The notes beneath the pieces were generated by a model, which was not told the origin of the DNA, did no database searches, and worked only from the letters and a program-made list of their open reading frames with translations. Positions 50,731 to 63,574 of a stretch of 64,000 bases of DNA are shown here, piece after piece (position 1 is the first letter of the stretch; each line of letters opens with the position of its first letter). A program made the translations under genes and the position numbers. Source of the stretch: Felis catus (Eukaryota); NCBI RefSeq assembly GCF_018350175.1, contig NC_058368.1:177880001-177944000 (forward strand), in the 5' to 3' direction.

Positions 50731-51367
50731 TCAGAGGAGTCCTGAGTTCTACTACACTCTCATTTTAGAGGTCCCAAGTCAGTGTAAATTTGAGTAAGGG
50801 GAAAAGAAGACTGCAACTTTTGATCCTCAAGTTCAGGTGTTTCTTACAATTTTCCTATACTGAGCTTGGGAACCAGCCTTGTATCATCGTTCAACTCTTT
50901 CCTACCAACTCAGGAATTGGTTACCCAATCAAACTGATCGATTTACTCCTTTATCAAATACGGAATTAATCACCATGTGCCTCAAAACGTCAGGCTCAAA
51001 GAGAACACAAAAAAAATGGCTGATCGGTCATTCCTTGAGTCCCACCTCTAGAATACCTGGAGTAACAATGTTTTATGTTTTCTCATATGAGAAACAAAGG
51101 TTACACCACTCTACTTGAGGTGAGCACAAGTCAGGTGAGCAGAAAGTATCACCAATGCAGACAAGACCACTAGATCCTAGAAAAAGACTTGCTTTGGAGG
51201 AAGGAACATTTAAAAATGCTACAGCAAAAATTACTTTAAAGATTGTTTTGTGAGTTAAAAGTACATGACAGAAAAAATTACCTCAAGTCCAAATTCTATG
51301 CCTAAGGAGCGGTAGAGAGCTTTGGGGTTAGCAGGAACCTCAGGGCATTTAGTTTATTTCAATTTCT

Positions 51368-51376
51368 TTTTCTTTT

Positions 51377-51440
<64 letters not shown>

Positions 51441-51643
51441 TTTTAACGTTTATTCATTTTTGAGACAGAGAGAGGCAGAACACAAATGGGGAATGGACAG
51501 AGAGAGAGGGAGACACAGAATCCAAAGCAGGCTCCAGGCTGCCAGCTGTCAGCACAGAGCCCCATGCGGGGCTCGAACGCAAGGACTGTGAGACCATGAC
51601 CTGGGCCAAAGTCAGACGCCCAACAGAGCTGCTCAGGCGCCCC
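51368..51643 (-). mobile_element. Carnivore SINE with (TTTC)n tail
   Basis: (TTTC)n about 51376-51440; reverse head gctcaggcgcccc; degenerate TSD t(a/g)tttca(a/g)tttct. Confidence 0.94.
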
Positions 51644-52484
51644 TGTTTCAGTTTCTAAATAAGGCATGGAGGACTACAAAAGCTCAGTGAGTGTTTTCCA
51701 AAACCAGGGACCACACCCTTTATCTGATAGTATTTGCATTCAATGTATCTAATATGTATTACAATAAGCTGGTAAAGATCTGTTTTCTTTTAAAAATTCC
51801 AATTGATTAAACTGAAGTAATGTGTCCTTAAATCCAAATTCATAACAAATCAGGAGGTTTTGTGTGAAAATTTTTATTTACCAGTATGTTTCATGATGAC
51901 TACTGTTTTGGAAAAAAACAAAAACAAAAATTAAGCTGGTATTCTTAGTTTGAATTAGGAAGAATTTTTCCAAATTATGTTACTTTCTCCAAGATAACAG
52001 CTGCATGATGATATGTATACATCAATTGCATACCTGGAAAGTCAGCTATTGCATAATGGTAACAGTTCCATGTTTTAAAGTAGTATTTAGAATAGAAGTA
52101 GTTTTTACAATAAAATCCACAATTCTATACCTTGAAACAAAGGACACTGCACGACATGCTTGGTTAATATTTGAACACTTGCATCAGATTGAGCTTATTG
52201 TGAATATACTGCTAAATGCTATATCAATCTAATATCTTATAAATCATTCATGAAAAACAAATCTGCAGAGCATATTGGGAAGCAGTTCTCAGCCCATATC
52301 CCTTTATTCAATGACCATGGTGTGTAGCTCTTATCCTCTTATTAAATGATGTGGAAATCTGTCACTTAAGTCAGTTTTACTGACGGAGGGAAAAGAGGAA
52401 AGAAAGAAAATAAGAGATTCCACTACTAAAGAAATAGAGTCAAAGGTGAGCACACCTATTGAGTGCCTGTCCTCCCAGATGCAG

Positions 52485-52680
52485 TTGGAAGAGTGGAAAA
52501 AGCGTAAGCTTCGGACTCTATGGACTAGGGTTTTAAATACCAGTTATGTCATGAGTTAGATGACCTTAGGCCTCAATTTCATCATCTATAAAATGGAGTC
52601 ATATGAGCTACCTCAACATAGCAAACAGCCAACGCCCAGGAAGACGGAGGTGCTCAATAAATAACAACTGCTATTACTGT
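52485..52680 (+). mobile_element. MIR relic
   Basis: gcctcaatttcatcatctataaaatggag...ggaggtgctcaataaataac. Confidence 0.65.
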
Positions 52681-53358
52681 GTTGAGGAAAAGTTTGGCAT
52701 CTCAACTGCACATAAGACAAAAACAAAATGGTGAGAAATGGCCGTTTTTTTTCATACAAAAATGCCCCAAAAGGCTCTATATTACCACGGGCAGTCATAG
52801 ACAATTTCTTCCTTATAATAATGATGAAGAGTGTTCTATGCAGAATGTTCTATTTGCAGCAGTGATTCATTGTGTGCATAGAAAAAATTGCTGACACGTT
52901 GAGAAGATATTTTCCCGTAAAAGGTTGAAGTCCTTAAGCAGCAAAAAACACCAACGTCCATCATCTTTAAACCCTATTGATTTCTGGTGAAGATTTAAAA
53001 GGCTGTTTACTTATTTCCCATCATTTCTGTCAGAGCTGTAACAGTTCTCTTCCCACTGAATAAACCTCTCATGATCCTCCTGGTGATTAAGGTCAGACAA
53101 AATGTCAAACTCCTAATGCTAAGTGCTTTCACATTAAAAATTCATATCAAATCACCAAGTAAAATCCAAACAAGAAGTCAGACATGTAAACAGTTCACAA
53201 AAAAAGAGTTGCAGTGACCATTACAGAATATAGGTGCAGTGTAGATGTAAAGAAGAAGGAAAAAAAGGCTTGGCAACAGGTCAGAAAACTACCTCCTTCT
53301 TCCTGGCATCATCACTGTCATTTCCTATTTTAGAATTGGTGGCCATGTTGGACTTAAG

Positions 53359-53360
<2 letters not shown>

Positions 53361-53393
<33 letters not shown>
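53361..53393. repeat. (GT)16 microsatellite
   Basis: Directly visible. Confidence 0.97.
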
Positions 53394-53394
<1 letters not shown>

Positions 53395-53514
53395 TCACTT
53401 CAAATCATTAGCAGCTATTTGTTTATACAAGTTCAGCATGGTCTTTTGTTTTACAGCAGGGAGCATGAGTGGAGAGAGTGTTTGCTCAGTATGTGAAATA
53501 ACCATTGCTAAGAT

Positions 53515-53900
53515 CTTCCTGTAGGCATGGTTGGATCACTGGATCGGGAGGTGAAAGAAACAGTATCAGGATCTGGTCTCTCTCCATCTCTTAGTGTTTC
53601 TCTTCACTCCTTTTATTCACTCGCAAGCTGGCTTTCTGAACACTGTAGCCCTTAACAGCTCAAGACTTTAAGTTAGCCAGCTACAAATTCGGTGGAAAGA
53701 AAGTTGCCTTAGCCAAACAGTTTCAACAGGTCTCAGAATTTAAACTTCATTTACCTGAACTTGGAGTAGTTCACATACTCATATTAAACCGGTAATTGTG
53801 GCCAGGAGAGTAGATCTGATTGGCCAGGCCCATGTCATGTCTGCACTGCTGAGGCCAGGAAATGGGGTCAGTTTCCCATGGACTGAGATAGCACGGGATT
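53515..53900. mobile_element. Ancient MaLR LTR fragment (MLT1-like)
   Basis: aggcatggttggatc...atcaggatctggtctctctccatctc...tgtggccaggagagtagatctgattggccaggcccatgtcatgt. Confidence 0.55.
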
Positions 53901-53964
53901 TACTTGATAAAAATGATGATAACAATAACTATAAACAAGTTTATTTTCTGATGAACTAACAGGA

Positions 53965-54125
53965 AATTTTAGCTAGTAGTTAGTACTGACTTTGGGCAAG
54001 ATATTTTACTTCTTGGAGCCTCAGATTCTTTATCTTTAAAATAAGGATGATAGAACCTACATTACAGAGACTAAATGCATAGGTAAAGCACCTAGTTTTG
54101 TATCTAACTCATAGAAAGTACTCAC
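53965..54125 (+). mobile_element. MIR relic
   Basis: gactttgggcaagatattttacttcttggagcctcagattctttatctttaaaataaggatgatagaacctac. Confidence 0.75.
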
Positions 54126-54919
54126 TTTCCATGTAGAACTAGACTAAATAGAAGACGTGGTGATACTTGCAAGTGTCATATCTCAAGTGTCATATCTATT
54201 ATGTAAGGAATACCCATGAAGCAGGTCCCTAGTTAAGTCTGCCACGTTTTTCATTTCCATACTCCTTCAGATAAACTCCTAGCCAGAGTCTCAGGAAATA
54301 TTCAAGAGAGGAAAATGAAGCATTCACAATACTCGAGTAAGTATTCTACTTATCAATTAAGCAAAAGTCTCAACTTACATGCTTTGATGACTAAATACAC
54401 GTAACTTCTTAGTTCTCCTGAAATCCATGACAAGAGCCTTTCAAATGCTACGGCTCTAAGATAGTACAATTCTCTGAGGTCATTACCCATACAAAGAATA
54501 AAGTACACAGACAGGAATGCCAGGTCCACAGAACCACGAATGACAAAATAACCAACTGCACCATTATAGGAAAATGTATATATACTAAATTTATATATAC
54601 CATATTGTTATATATTTAGAACTAAAGTAAAGACAAATTTTGTCTTCACAGCACAAAAACTGATGGTATATCACATATCCCTTTTTTTTGTAGGGACAGG
54701 AATTTGAAAGAAGAGTCCATTTTGAGAGATTAAAATCCCAGAAGATGTCTTGATATCTCTTCCGTCAACCACAACAGTTTTCCTACTCAGATGTTAGGGT
54801 GGCTTTAATTTCCCTTAAACAGTTATTCTCTTGGGTTAAACAACACTTTATTTAAAAAATGTAAATACCACTGAGGAAAAAGAGGACTTTTTTTTTTTTA
54901 AGAAATGACTGTAAACAAA

Positions 54920-56530
54920 GTCATTACACAAACAACTAACTAGGAAAAACTAGTGACAAATGACAAAGAGCTTTTGTAAACTGGTATGAAAGAAAGACAA
55001 AAATCAGATAGAAAAATGGACAAAGAATATAACTAGGTAGTTTACACATGACACATGGAAAATAAATACATGAAAAAATTCATTATTATAGAAATGCTCT
55101 GAAAACATCAGTGAGATAACATTTTTTACTTGTAAGATTGCCAGAGATGAACATGACCTAATATCTGTCAAGCTGTATATGAACAAAAACTCTCAGACAC
55201 TATTGGTGGTCTTCAATAATTATTAAATGATTAATTATAAATAAATGAAAAATTCCCTAATCGCATATAGGAAAACAACTCATAAATATGATAGCAGGTA
55301 TAGAAAAGGCAAAGATGGTTTGATTTAGCACAATACTTTTGGAGAGCAATTGGCAAGTACAATCAAAATTTTAAATGTATCTATTCTTTGACCTAGCAAT
55401 TCCTCTTACATAAGAGTCATCTTACAGCATTTATGTATTGAGCAAATAGCACAAATATATAAATATATAACTATAAGGATGTTCACTGTAGAAATATTTA
55501 TAAAAGAAAAAGGAAGCACCTTGATTATCCAGTAATTAAACTGGATAAATAATTTACTGTACATGTGTACAACAGAAGTATAGTACACAGATACTATTTG
55601 ACAATTAAAAATATCGGTGATGTAATCCACATGTACTAATACAGAATGATGTTCAAGAAATACATCATTTCTTGAAAAATTGTGGGAAAAAAATTGTAGG
55701 ATTTTATACATATGTGATTCCATTTGTATGAAAATAATAACAAAGACATACACAAATACTTGCATATACATATGAATAAAAGGAATATAATTGAGGATAT
55801 TATAGTGGGAGGGAATTAGTTTACTTTTCATTTTTTCCCTTTGTCTTTTTCAAAATGATTTTAAAATTATTACTATTATTTGTAAAAATAAAACCAGTGA
55901 AAACAATGAAATGTCCATCAACAGAAGAATGGATATACAAATTGTGGTATATTCAATTTTTTTTTCCACGTTTTTATTTATTTTTTTGGGACAGAGAGAG
56001 ACAGAGCATGAACGGGGGAGGGGCAGAGAGAGAGGGAGACACAGAATTGGAAACAGGCTCCAGGCTCTGAGCCGTCAGCCCAGAGCCCGACGCGGGGCTC
56101 GAACTCCCGGACCGCGAGATCGTGACCTGGCTGAAGTCGGACGCTTAACCGACTGCGCCACCCAGGCGCCCCACAAATTGTGGTATATTCATACAAGAGA
56201 ATACCACATCATAATTAAAAGGAAAGAATAAGCGACTGTTTGCTTGTCAATGTAAAAGAATCCAAAAACCTTATGTTGACTGTTGACTGAAGAAGTATGA
56301 GATTTAAAAGAGCACATATTTTGTTTCCATTTATATAAAGTCTAAAAAAAGGTAACACTAATCTATAGTAATAAAAATTAGAAAGTGTTCACCTTGTGGG
56401 CTGGGGGAGAGGGACATTGACTGGAAAGAGAAATGAGGACATTTTCTTGGGTAGTGGTTACCCTTATGCATACATTTGTCAAAATGCATCAAATCTGTTC
56501 ATTTTATTGTAAGTAACTTATACCTCAAAG
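54920..56530 (+). mobile_element. Old LINE-1 (L1ME-like) 3' fragments
   Basis: atagaaaaatggacaaagaatat...ctttgacctagcaattcctctt...aaatgtccatcaacagaagaatggata. Confidence 0.75.
55956..56172 (-). mobile_element. Young feline SINE (SINEC_Fc type)
   Basis: Perfect 19-bp flanking repeat acaaattgtggtatattca (55937-55955 and 56173-56191). Confidence 0.98.
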
Positions 56531-57551
56531 TTTAAAATGGTTGCTACAACCACATCTGTAAGAAGATAACTGACAAACACAGTCTACAACTTGGAAATGA
56601 CTCCAGCCACTTCTCCTGACAGAAAAGTGTGCATCAGACAGGCAATGATAGACAGTAGATAAGAAGAAAGTGCAAGAAAAAGAAAAAAAAAAAGGAAAAG
56701 CCATAAGGCGGGAGACTCCAGCAGAGAGAACACCAAGGAGGAAAGTAAACACAGATTCAGGTAAGTAGACAAGAGCTCATATGCAGAAAGGAGATGGACC
56801 GAGGAGCTACAAAGAAAGAAGGCAGAAAGTACTATAAGGAGAAAAAAGAATTGGAAAACACAAAGGAGAAGGGTTTAAGGGATAAAACTATCCTTGACTA
56901 CTACTGATAGATACTGCTAACACCAAGATGAAATTGTTTCATGCTGATGACATGATCTTGTACCTAGAACAAGAACCCACTAAAAACTATTAGAACTAAT
57001 AAATGAGTTCAGCATAGTTACAGAATAAAGGTCAAAGTGAAAAAAAATATCAATTTTATTTTTACAGCAAAGAGTAAAACACAAATGAAATTAAGAAAAA
57101 AATCCATTTACAATAGCATCAAAAAGAACAAAATACTCAGAAATAAATTTAACAAAAGAAGTGTAAAACTTTTATCTGCATACTACAGAATATTATTGAA
57201 AGAAACTAAAGAAGACCTAAATAAAGAGAAAGACATCCTATGTTCACAGACTGGAGGACAATATTGTTAAGGTGACAATACTCCCCAAATTAATCTATAG
57301 ATTCAGTATGGTCCCTGTCAAAATCCCAGCTTCTTTGCAGAAATTGACAAGCTGATTCTAAAAATCACATGAAAATCCAAGGGATCCAGAATAGCTAAAA
57401 GAATCTCAAAAAAGAACAATTCCTTCTCAATTTCAAAGTGTACAACAAAGTTACAGTAATCAGGACCGTGTGATACTGGTATCAGGACAGACATACAGGT
57501 CCATGGAACAGAACTTAGAGTATATAAATAAATCCTCACATTCACAGTCAA

Positions 57552-59124
57552 ATCTAAAGATACATAGACTGAAAGTGACGTGGTGAAAAAAGATTTTCCA
57601 TGCAGATGGAAGAGAAAAAAAAGGCCAAGGTAAATCTTACATCAGACAAAATAGACTTTAAAACAAAGACTGTAGTAAGAGACAAAGAAAAGCACCACAT
57701 AATGATAAGGGGATCAATCTGGGGCACCTGGGTGGCTCAGTCGGTTGAGTGTCTGACTTTGGCTCAGGTCATGATCTAGCAGGTTCTTGAGCTTGAGCCC
57801 TGCACTGGGCTCACTGCTGCCAGTGTGGAGCCCGCTTCCTCTGTCGCCCCCACCCCCAACCCTCCCCTGCTTGCACGCGCTCTCTCTCTCTCTGCTCCTC
57901 CCCTGTTCGTGCTCTCTCTCTCCCTCTCTCTCTCTCAAAAATAAATAATAAAATATTTTTAAAAATAAAGGGTTCATTCCAACAAGAGGATATAACAATT
58001 GTATATTATCTATGCATCCAACATAGGAGTACCTAAGTACCAAGAGCAAATATTAACAGACATAAAGGAGAAAAAATGACAGTAATACAATAATAGTAAG
58101 GGACTTTAACATATCACTTAAATTAATGGATAGACCACACAGAAAATCAACAAGGAAAAGGTGGCTTTGAATGACATATTAAAGCAGATGGATCTAATAG
58201 ATATATATAGAACATTCCATCCCAAAACATCAGAAAACACATTCATTTCAAGTGCACATGGAACATTTTCTAGGCTCTAGAACAAGAGTCAATAATTTCA
58301 AGAAGACTGAAATCATATCAAGCATCTTTTCCAACCACAATAGTATGAAACTAGAAATCAGTTACAAGAAGAAAACCTGAAAAAAACTGCACAAATACAT
58401 GGAGGCCAAAAAAACGTGCTACTAAACAACCCGTGGGGAAATCAAAAGATACATGAAGACAAATGAAAATAAAAACACAACAGTCCAAAATCCTTGGGAC
58501 ACAGTAAAGGCAATTCTAAGAAGTAAGTTTATAGTGACATAGGCTTATTTCTCAAGAAATACGAAAAATCTGAAATAAACAACTTAATCTTATACGTAAA
58601 GGAACTAGAAAAATTAGAACAAAGTCCAAAGCTAGAAGAAGGAAGGAAATAATCAAGATTAGGATAGAAATAAATGAAATAGAAGAAAAAAAAAAACAAT
58701 AGAAAAGATCAGTGAAATCAAGAGCTGGCTCTTTGGAAAGATAAACAAAACTGATAAAACTTTATCCATACTCACCAAGAAACAAAGAGAAAGGACTTAA
58801 ATAAAATCAGAAACGAAAGAACAAAAATAAGAACCAACACCATAGAAAAAAATTAAAAGAGAACACTACGAAAAATTATATGCTAACAAATTGGACAACC
58901 TAGAAGAAATGGATAAACTACTAGAAACCAAAAATTTTCCAAAACTAAATCAGGAAGAAACAAAATTTGAACAGATCGATTACTAGTAATGTAACTGAAC
59001 TGGTAATCAAAAACTCCCAACAAAAAAACTGCAGGACCAGATGGCTTCACAGGTGAATTCTACAAAACATTTAAAAACTATTCCAAAAAATACACGAGGA
59101 AGGAAAACTTCCAAATTCAATCTG
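57552..59124 (+). mobile_element. Internal LINE-1 ORF2 fragment (endonuclease region to start of RT), no 3' UTR or tail
   Basis: atcagacaaaatagactttaaaacaaag (SDKIDFK), atagtaagggactttaac (IVGDFN-like), caggaccagatggcttcacaggtgaattctac (GPDGFTGEFY); flanked by cagtcaa. Confidence 0.85.
57721..57963 (+). mobile_element. Carnivore SINE nested in the L1 fragment
   Basis: ggggcacctgggtggctcagtcggttgag head; degenerate TSD ataa(g/a)ggg(a/t)tca(a/t)tc. Confidence 0.94.
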
Positions 59125-61849
59125 CAGTCAACTGATTTTCAAGAAGAGTGACAGGGGGAAAGCACTCTTTTCAACAAATGGTTCTGGGACAACTGTGTAT
59201 CCTAGCACAGAAGAAATGCAAATGAATAAAACTGAACCTTTGCTTCACACTATATACAAAAATAAATCAAAGGCCTAAATGTAAGAGCTAAAACTATAAA
59301 ACTCTTAGAAGAAAACACGAGAGTATATTTTCATGACCGTACATTAAGTAGTCACTTCTTAGATATTAAAAGCTCAAGCAACAAAAGAAAAAATGAGATA
59401 AAACTGGACATCACCAAAATTAAAAACTTTTATGCTTCAAAGATACCATCAAGAAAGAAAAAAGACAATCCAAGAATGAAAAGTACCTGCAATCATGTAT
59501 CTGTCTAAAGACTTGTATCTGGAATATATAAAGAACAGTTAAAACCCAATAATAAAAAAATAAATAACCCAATTAAAGATGCGCAAAGATCTGATGCATA
59601 TCTATCTAAACAAGATATAAAAATGTACAATGAGCCTATGACAAGATGTTCAATATCATCAGCCATCAAAGCCCACAGTAAGATACCACTTCACACTCAA
59701 AGGATGGATAGACTAAAAAGGACAGGTAAGAACACATTTTGGCAAGGTTTTGGACAAGTAAGAATCCTCATACACTGCTGCTCAGGTGCAGCCACTTTGG
59801 AAAACAGACTGGCAGTTTTTCAAAATTTTAAACATAGAGTTGTAATATGATGCAGCAATTTAACTCCTAGATATATTCCCAAGGGAAGTGAAAATATATA
59901 TCTACACAAAAACTTGCATGTGAATGTTCACAGCAGCATTATTCGTCTTTTCCCCACAAACCCTTCTGCCCACCCCCCAAAGCAGCAATATTCATAATAG
60001 CCAAAGAATGGAAACAACCCTAATGACCATCAACTGATGAATGTATAAATAAAATGTGGTATATTCATAGAAAGAAATATTATTCAACAATAAAAAGGAC
60101 GCACTGATACATGTTACAACACAGATGAACCTTGAAAACAATTATGCCAGATGAAATAAGTCAGTCACAAAGAATCACATATTATGTAGAGTTCATTTAT
60201 ATGAAATATCCCAAATAGGCAAAAGTACAGAGACAGAAAGTAGATTATCAGTTGTGTAGGGCTGGGGGCATGGAAGCTTAACGTGACAGCTAAGGAGAGT
60301 GGTATTTCTTTTTAAGTGATGAAAACTATTCTACAATTGATTGTGGTGATAGATGCACAATTCTATGAATATATTAAAAGCCAAAAGTCAATGAACTGTA
60401 TACTTCAAATGGGTGAATTCTATGGTATGTGTTATCTTTTTTTTTTTTTTTACATTTTTAAAATGTTTATTTATTTATTTATTTTGAGAGAGAGAGATGG
60501 GGGACGGAAGGGTAGGGAGTGGGGAAATGAATTTACAGTCTGAAAACAAAACAGGACTTGGTCCCTTGTTTGGATTTACTTTTAGCCATATTTCACTTCA
60601 AGTTGAAATTTTAAAATAATGTGGAAGGTAGCCATGAAATTTTTATACTATAGGAGGGTCATGGATTTAAAAAGACTGAGAAATACTAGGTCAAAATCCT
60701 CTCCTTCCCTGGTTCTTTTGGCAAACTGGTCCTTGAAGATGCAAATTAAGTGTAATTTCTTAAAGCTTTCCCCATCTCCTCCAAGTTGTCCAGCAGCACT
60801 TCATGAATTCTTTGGTATTCCAGCGCCAGAAATTCAAGGCCTTGAGTGGTAGTTTTTATACTTTATCCACAGGAAGATATTTAAGTGGTAAGACCGTTAG
60901 TTTTTGCAGGTGCCACAGTAAGAAAATACTGAACTAATAACCTCTGTATTAGATAATCTGATGTTAATTTCTTTAACTTAAAAGAAATGTGATCAATATT
61001 TAGTTGATAATAATGTATGAGCATATTCTTATGAAGCTCCTCTCTTAGACTATGGGTCTTCAGTGGTAAACACTATTTTATTAGATGGAAATAGAATTTA
61101 GGCACGAAGAAGAGATTCTTAGAGATTATTTCACTATGTTACAACCTGCTGAGATTGAAAGTCTTTTTATCTTGGAGTCCCAGACAAGGAACCATAAGAG
61201 GATTTATGTTATATTTTCAATAAGGTAGCTTATGCAAATATACTATTATAATTTACAAGAATGAGACAGTCGTATTTTATACACATGGAGATTAAAGTAA
61301 CAAAAATGAATAAGAAGCAGAGCTGGGACTCAAACCAACAGCTGGTTCTGAAAACTACACTAAACTGCCATTTTGCAAAGAAAACGTCTTAAAAAGTGGC
61401 TTTACTTAAAGTGATTAAGTATGATTACAATCACAAAATCTAAGTCCAAACTTAGAGGCATTATGTACTGTCTTTCCTAAAATTCAACAAACTGCAACTA
61501 ATGATCATACTGTTATTAAATTCAAATTCCTCAAAATCCAGTGGCATATATTTTATTACTTTGCTTCCCAAGGAGAAGTTAAAAACTACAGTGGATTTTC
61601 AGAGAAGATAAATAATCTGTTCATTTGCCGAATCTAGTTTTTAGTTTTTCCTAATATAAGTTCTTTAACCAAACAGCCAGATTGACAAGTAGAAAAAAAG
61701 ATATGGGTTTTTGTTTTACATTTTGTAAATAAATACATGTCATTTGATTTTAAACAGTCAAAAATAATTTTTCTGAGGTTTTCCTACCATACTGCAGAAA
61801 AAGCAACTTACTACATTGGAAAGAAAGAAACTAGAGCAAGCCATAAATT

Positions 61850-61970
61850 TAAAATTTTTACCTATTTATTTACTTATTTTTTAATGTTTTTATTTTATTT
61901 TTGAGAGAGTGTGCGAGCAGGGGAGGGGCAGAGAGAGACGGAGACAGAATCCGAAGCGGGCTCTGAGCTG
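61850..61970 (-). mobile_element. Truncated carnivore SINE
   Basis: tttttgagagagtgtgcgagcaggggaggggcagagagagacggagacagaatccgaagcgggctctgagctg. Confidence 0.85.
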
Positions 61971-62215
61971 AAGTAAGAGTTCCTGTTGCTCCAGACCCTT
62001 GCCAATATTTAATTGTCAAATTTTTTGTTTGTATTTAACAATTCTAACAAGTGTGTAGTGGTACCTCATTATGGCCTTAATTTGCATTCTCAAATAATAA
62101 ATGATTTTGATTTTTTTCATATCACTATTTGCCATCTATATATCTTCTTTGGTGAATTACCTTTTCAGATTTGTTGCCCTTGCTTTTTTAATTGTTTGCC
62201 TATTTTTTTTTAACA

Positions 62216-62550
62216 TATTAGTTTTCTACTGTTGCTGTAATAAGTTGTCACGAGCTTAATGACTTAAAACACAAATTTACCATTTTACAGTTCTGTAAAT
62301 TCGAAGCACAACACAGGACATGCTAGGCTAAAATCAAGGAGTCAGCAAAGCTACATTCCTTTCTGGATGTTCTAGGGAAAAATTTGTTTCTTTGCCTTTT
62401 CTAGATTGTAAGAACCATTTGTGATCCTTGGCTCATAATCCTTCCTCCCCTTCCCCATTTTCCCCTACCCCCCATCCCTGCCATTTACAAAACCAGCAAC
62501 ATTGGATTCAGACGTTCCCATACAAGTTTGGTCTAATTTCTTATGCATCA
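62216..62550 (-). mobile_element. MaLR LTR fragment (MLT1-like)
   Basis: tattagttttctactgttgctgtaataagttgtcac...cttaaaacacaaatttaccattttacagttctg...ggctaaaatcaagg. Confidence 0.8.
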
Positions 62551-62560
62551 TCATTCCATC

Positions 62561-62783
62561 TTTATTTTATTTTAATTTTTAACATTTATTCATTTTTGAG
62601 AGACAGAGAGAGAGAGTGCAAGTGGGGGTGCAGCAGAGAGAGAGGAAGACAAAGAATCCAAAGCAGGCTTCAGGCTCTGAGCTGTCAGCACAGAGCCTGA
62701 TACGGGGCTCTAGCTCAGGAACCGTGAGATCATGACCTGAGCCAAAGTCAGACACTTAACTGATCAAACCACCCAGGCACCCC
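62561..62783 (-). mobile_element. Carnivore SINE (SINEC)
   Basis: gagatcatgacctgagccaaagtcagacacttaac...cacccaggcacccc. Confidence 0.94.
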
Positions 62784-62826
62784 ACATATATTTTCTCATA
62801 CGGTTTCTTCTAGAAATTTTACATTT

Positions 62827-62887
62827 AATTTTTTAAGTTTTTTCATTTTAGAGAGAGAGCATGAACAAGCAGGTGAAAGGGACAGAG

Positions 62888-62939
<52 letters not shown>

Positions 62940-63061
62940 CCCAAGCAGCTCCATACTCTGCACAAAGCCCAACACAGGGTTCAATCCCACTACCCTGGGA
63001 TCATGACCTGAACTGAAATCAAGAGTAGGACGCTCAACCCACTGAGTCTTCCAGGCACCCC
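62827..63061 (-). mobile_element. Carnivore SINE (older subfamily) with long (GA)n
   Basis: (GA)n 62893-62937, gaatcccaagcag body, ccctgggatcatgacctgaactgaaatcaagag. Confidence 0.94.
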
Positions 63062-63574
63062 TGTATTTTACATTTTATATCTATGATCCATTCTGAATTT
63101 ATTTTTGTATAAGGTGTGAGGTACATATCAAAGTTCTTTTTGCATATGAATGTCCAATTGTTCTAGCAGAATTTACTGAAAGACTAACCTTTCTCTATTA
63201 AATTTCTTTTTTTTAACTTCTGCCAAAAATCAGTTGATGATATTTATGTGGGTTAGTTTCTGGGTTCTCTATGCTGTCTCATTAAACTGTGCCTTTACCC
63301 TTGGCTAGTACCACACTGGCTTGACATCAGTTGCTTCATAGTTAGTCTTGAAATTGGGCAGCATTATTCTCAACTTTGTTTTTTGCTTTCATAATTTCAT
63401 TTTTTTTTTTGAAATTTAACTCTCCTGGTCCATCGGCATTTCCTCAAAAATTCCTCATAAGAATCAGCTTATCAATAACTGCAAAAAACCCTGTTGGGAT
63501 TTTGAACATGACTCCATTGAGTCTAAATGTCACATTGGGGTGAAGTGACATCTTAACAATATTTGGATCAAATG

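Larger units (their letters stand above)
56930..60436 (+). mobile_element. Old LINE-1 ORF2 3' half and 3' UTR, interrupted at 57552-59124
   Basis: gctgatgacatgatcttgtacctagaa (RT ADDMILYLE motif)...actattagaactaataaatgagttcagc; 3' end aaatgggtgaattctatggtatgtg. Confidence 0.88.
61972..63570 (-). mobile_element. Old LINE-1 ORF2 fragment with nested LTR and SINEs
   Basis: gtgtagtggtacctcattatggccttaatttgcatt...ctatgatccattctgaatttatttttgtataaggtgtgagg. Confidence 0.8.

Noticed and set aside
55406..55831. Longest ORF in the window (141 aa, minus strand)
   Set aside because: Antisense to an old L1 3' region; composition is what AT-rich non-coding DNA gives; no recognisable domain
56660..56766. 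Plus-strand open stretch KKKVQEKEKK...VNTDS ending in a perfect CAG|GTAAGT donor
   Set aside because: No polypyrimidine acceptor upstream, an in-frame stop just before it, and low-complexity A-rich sequence
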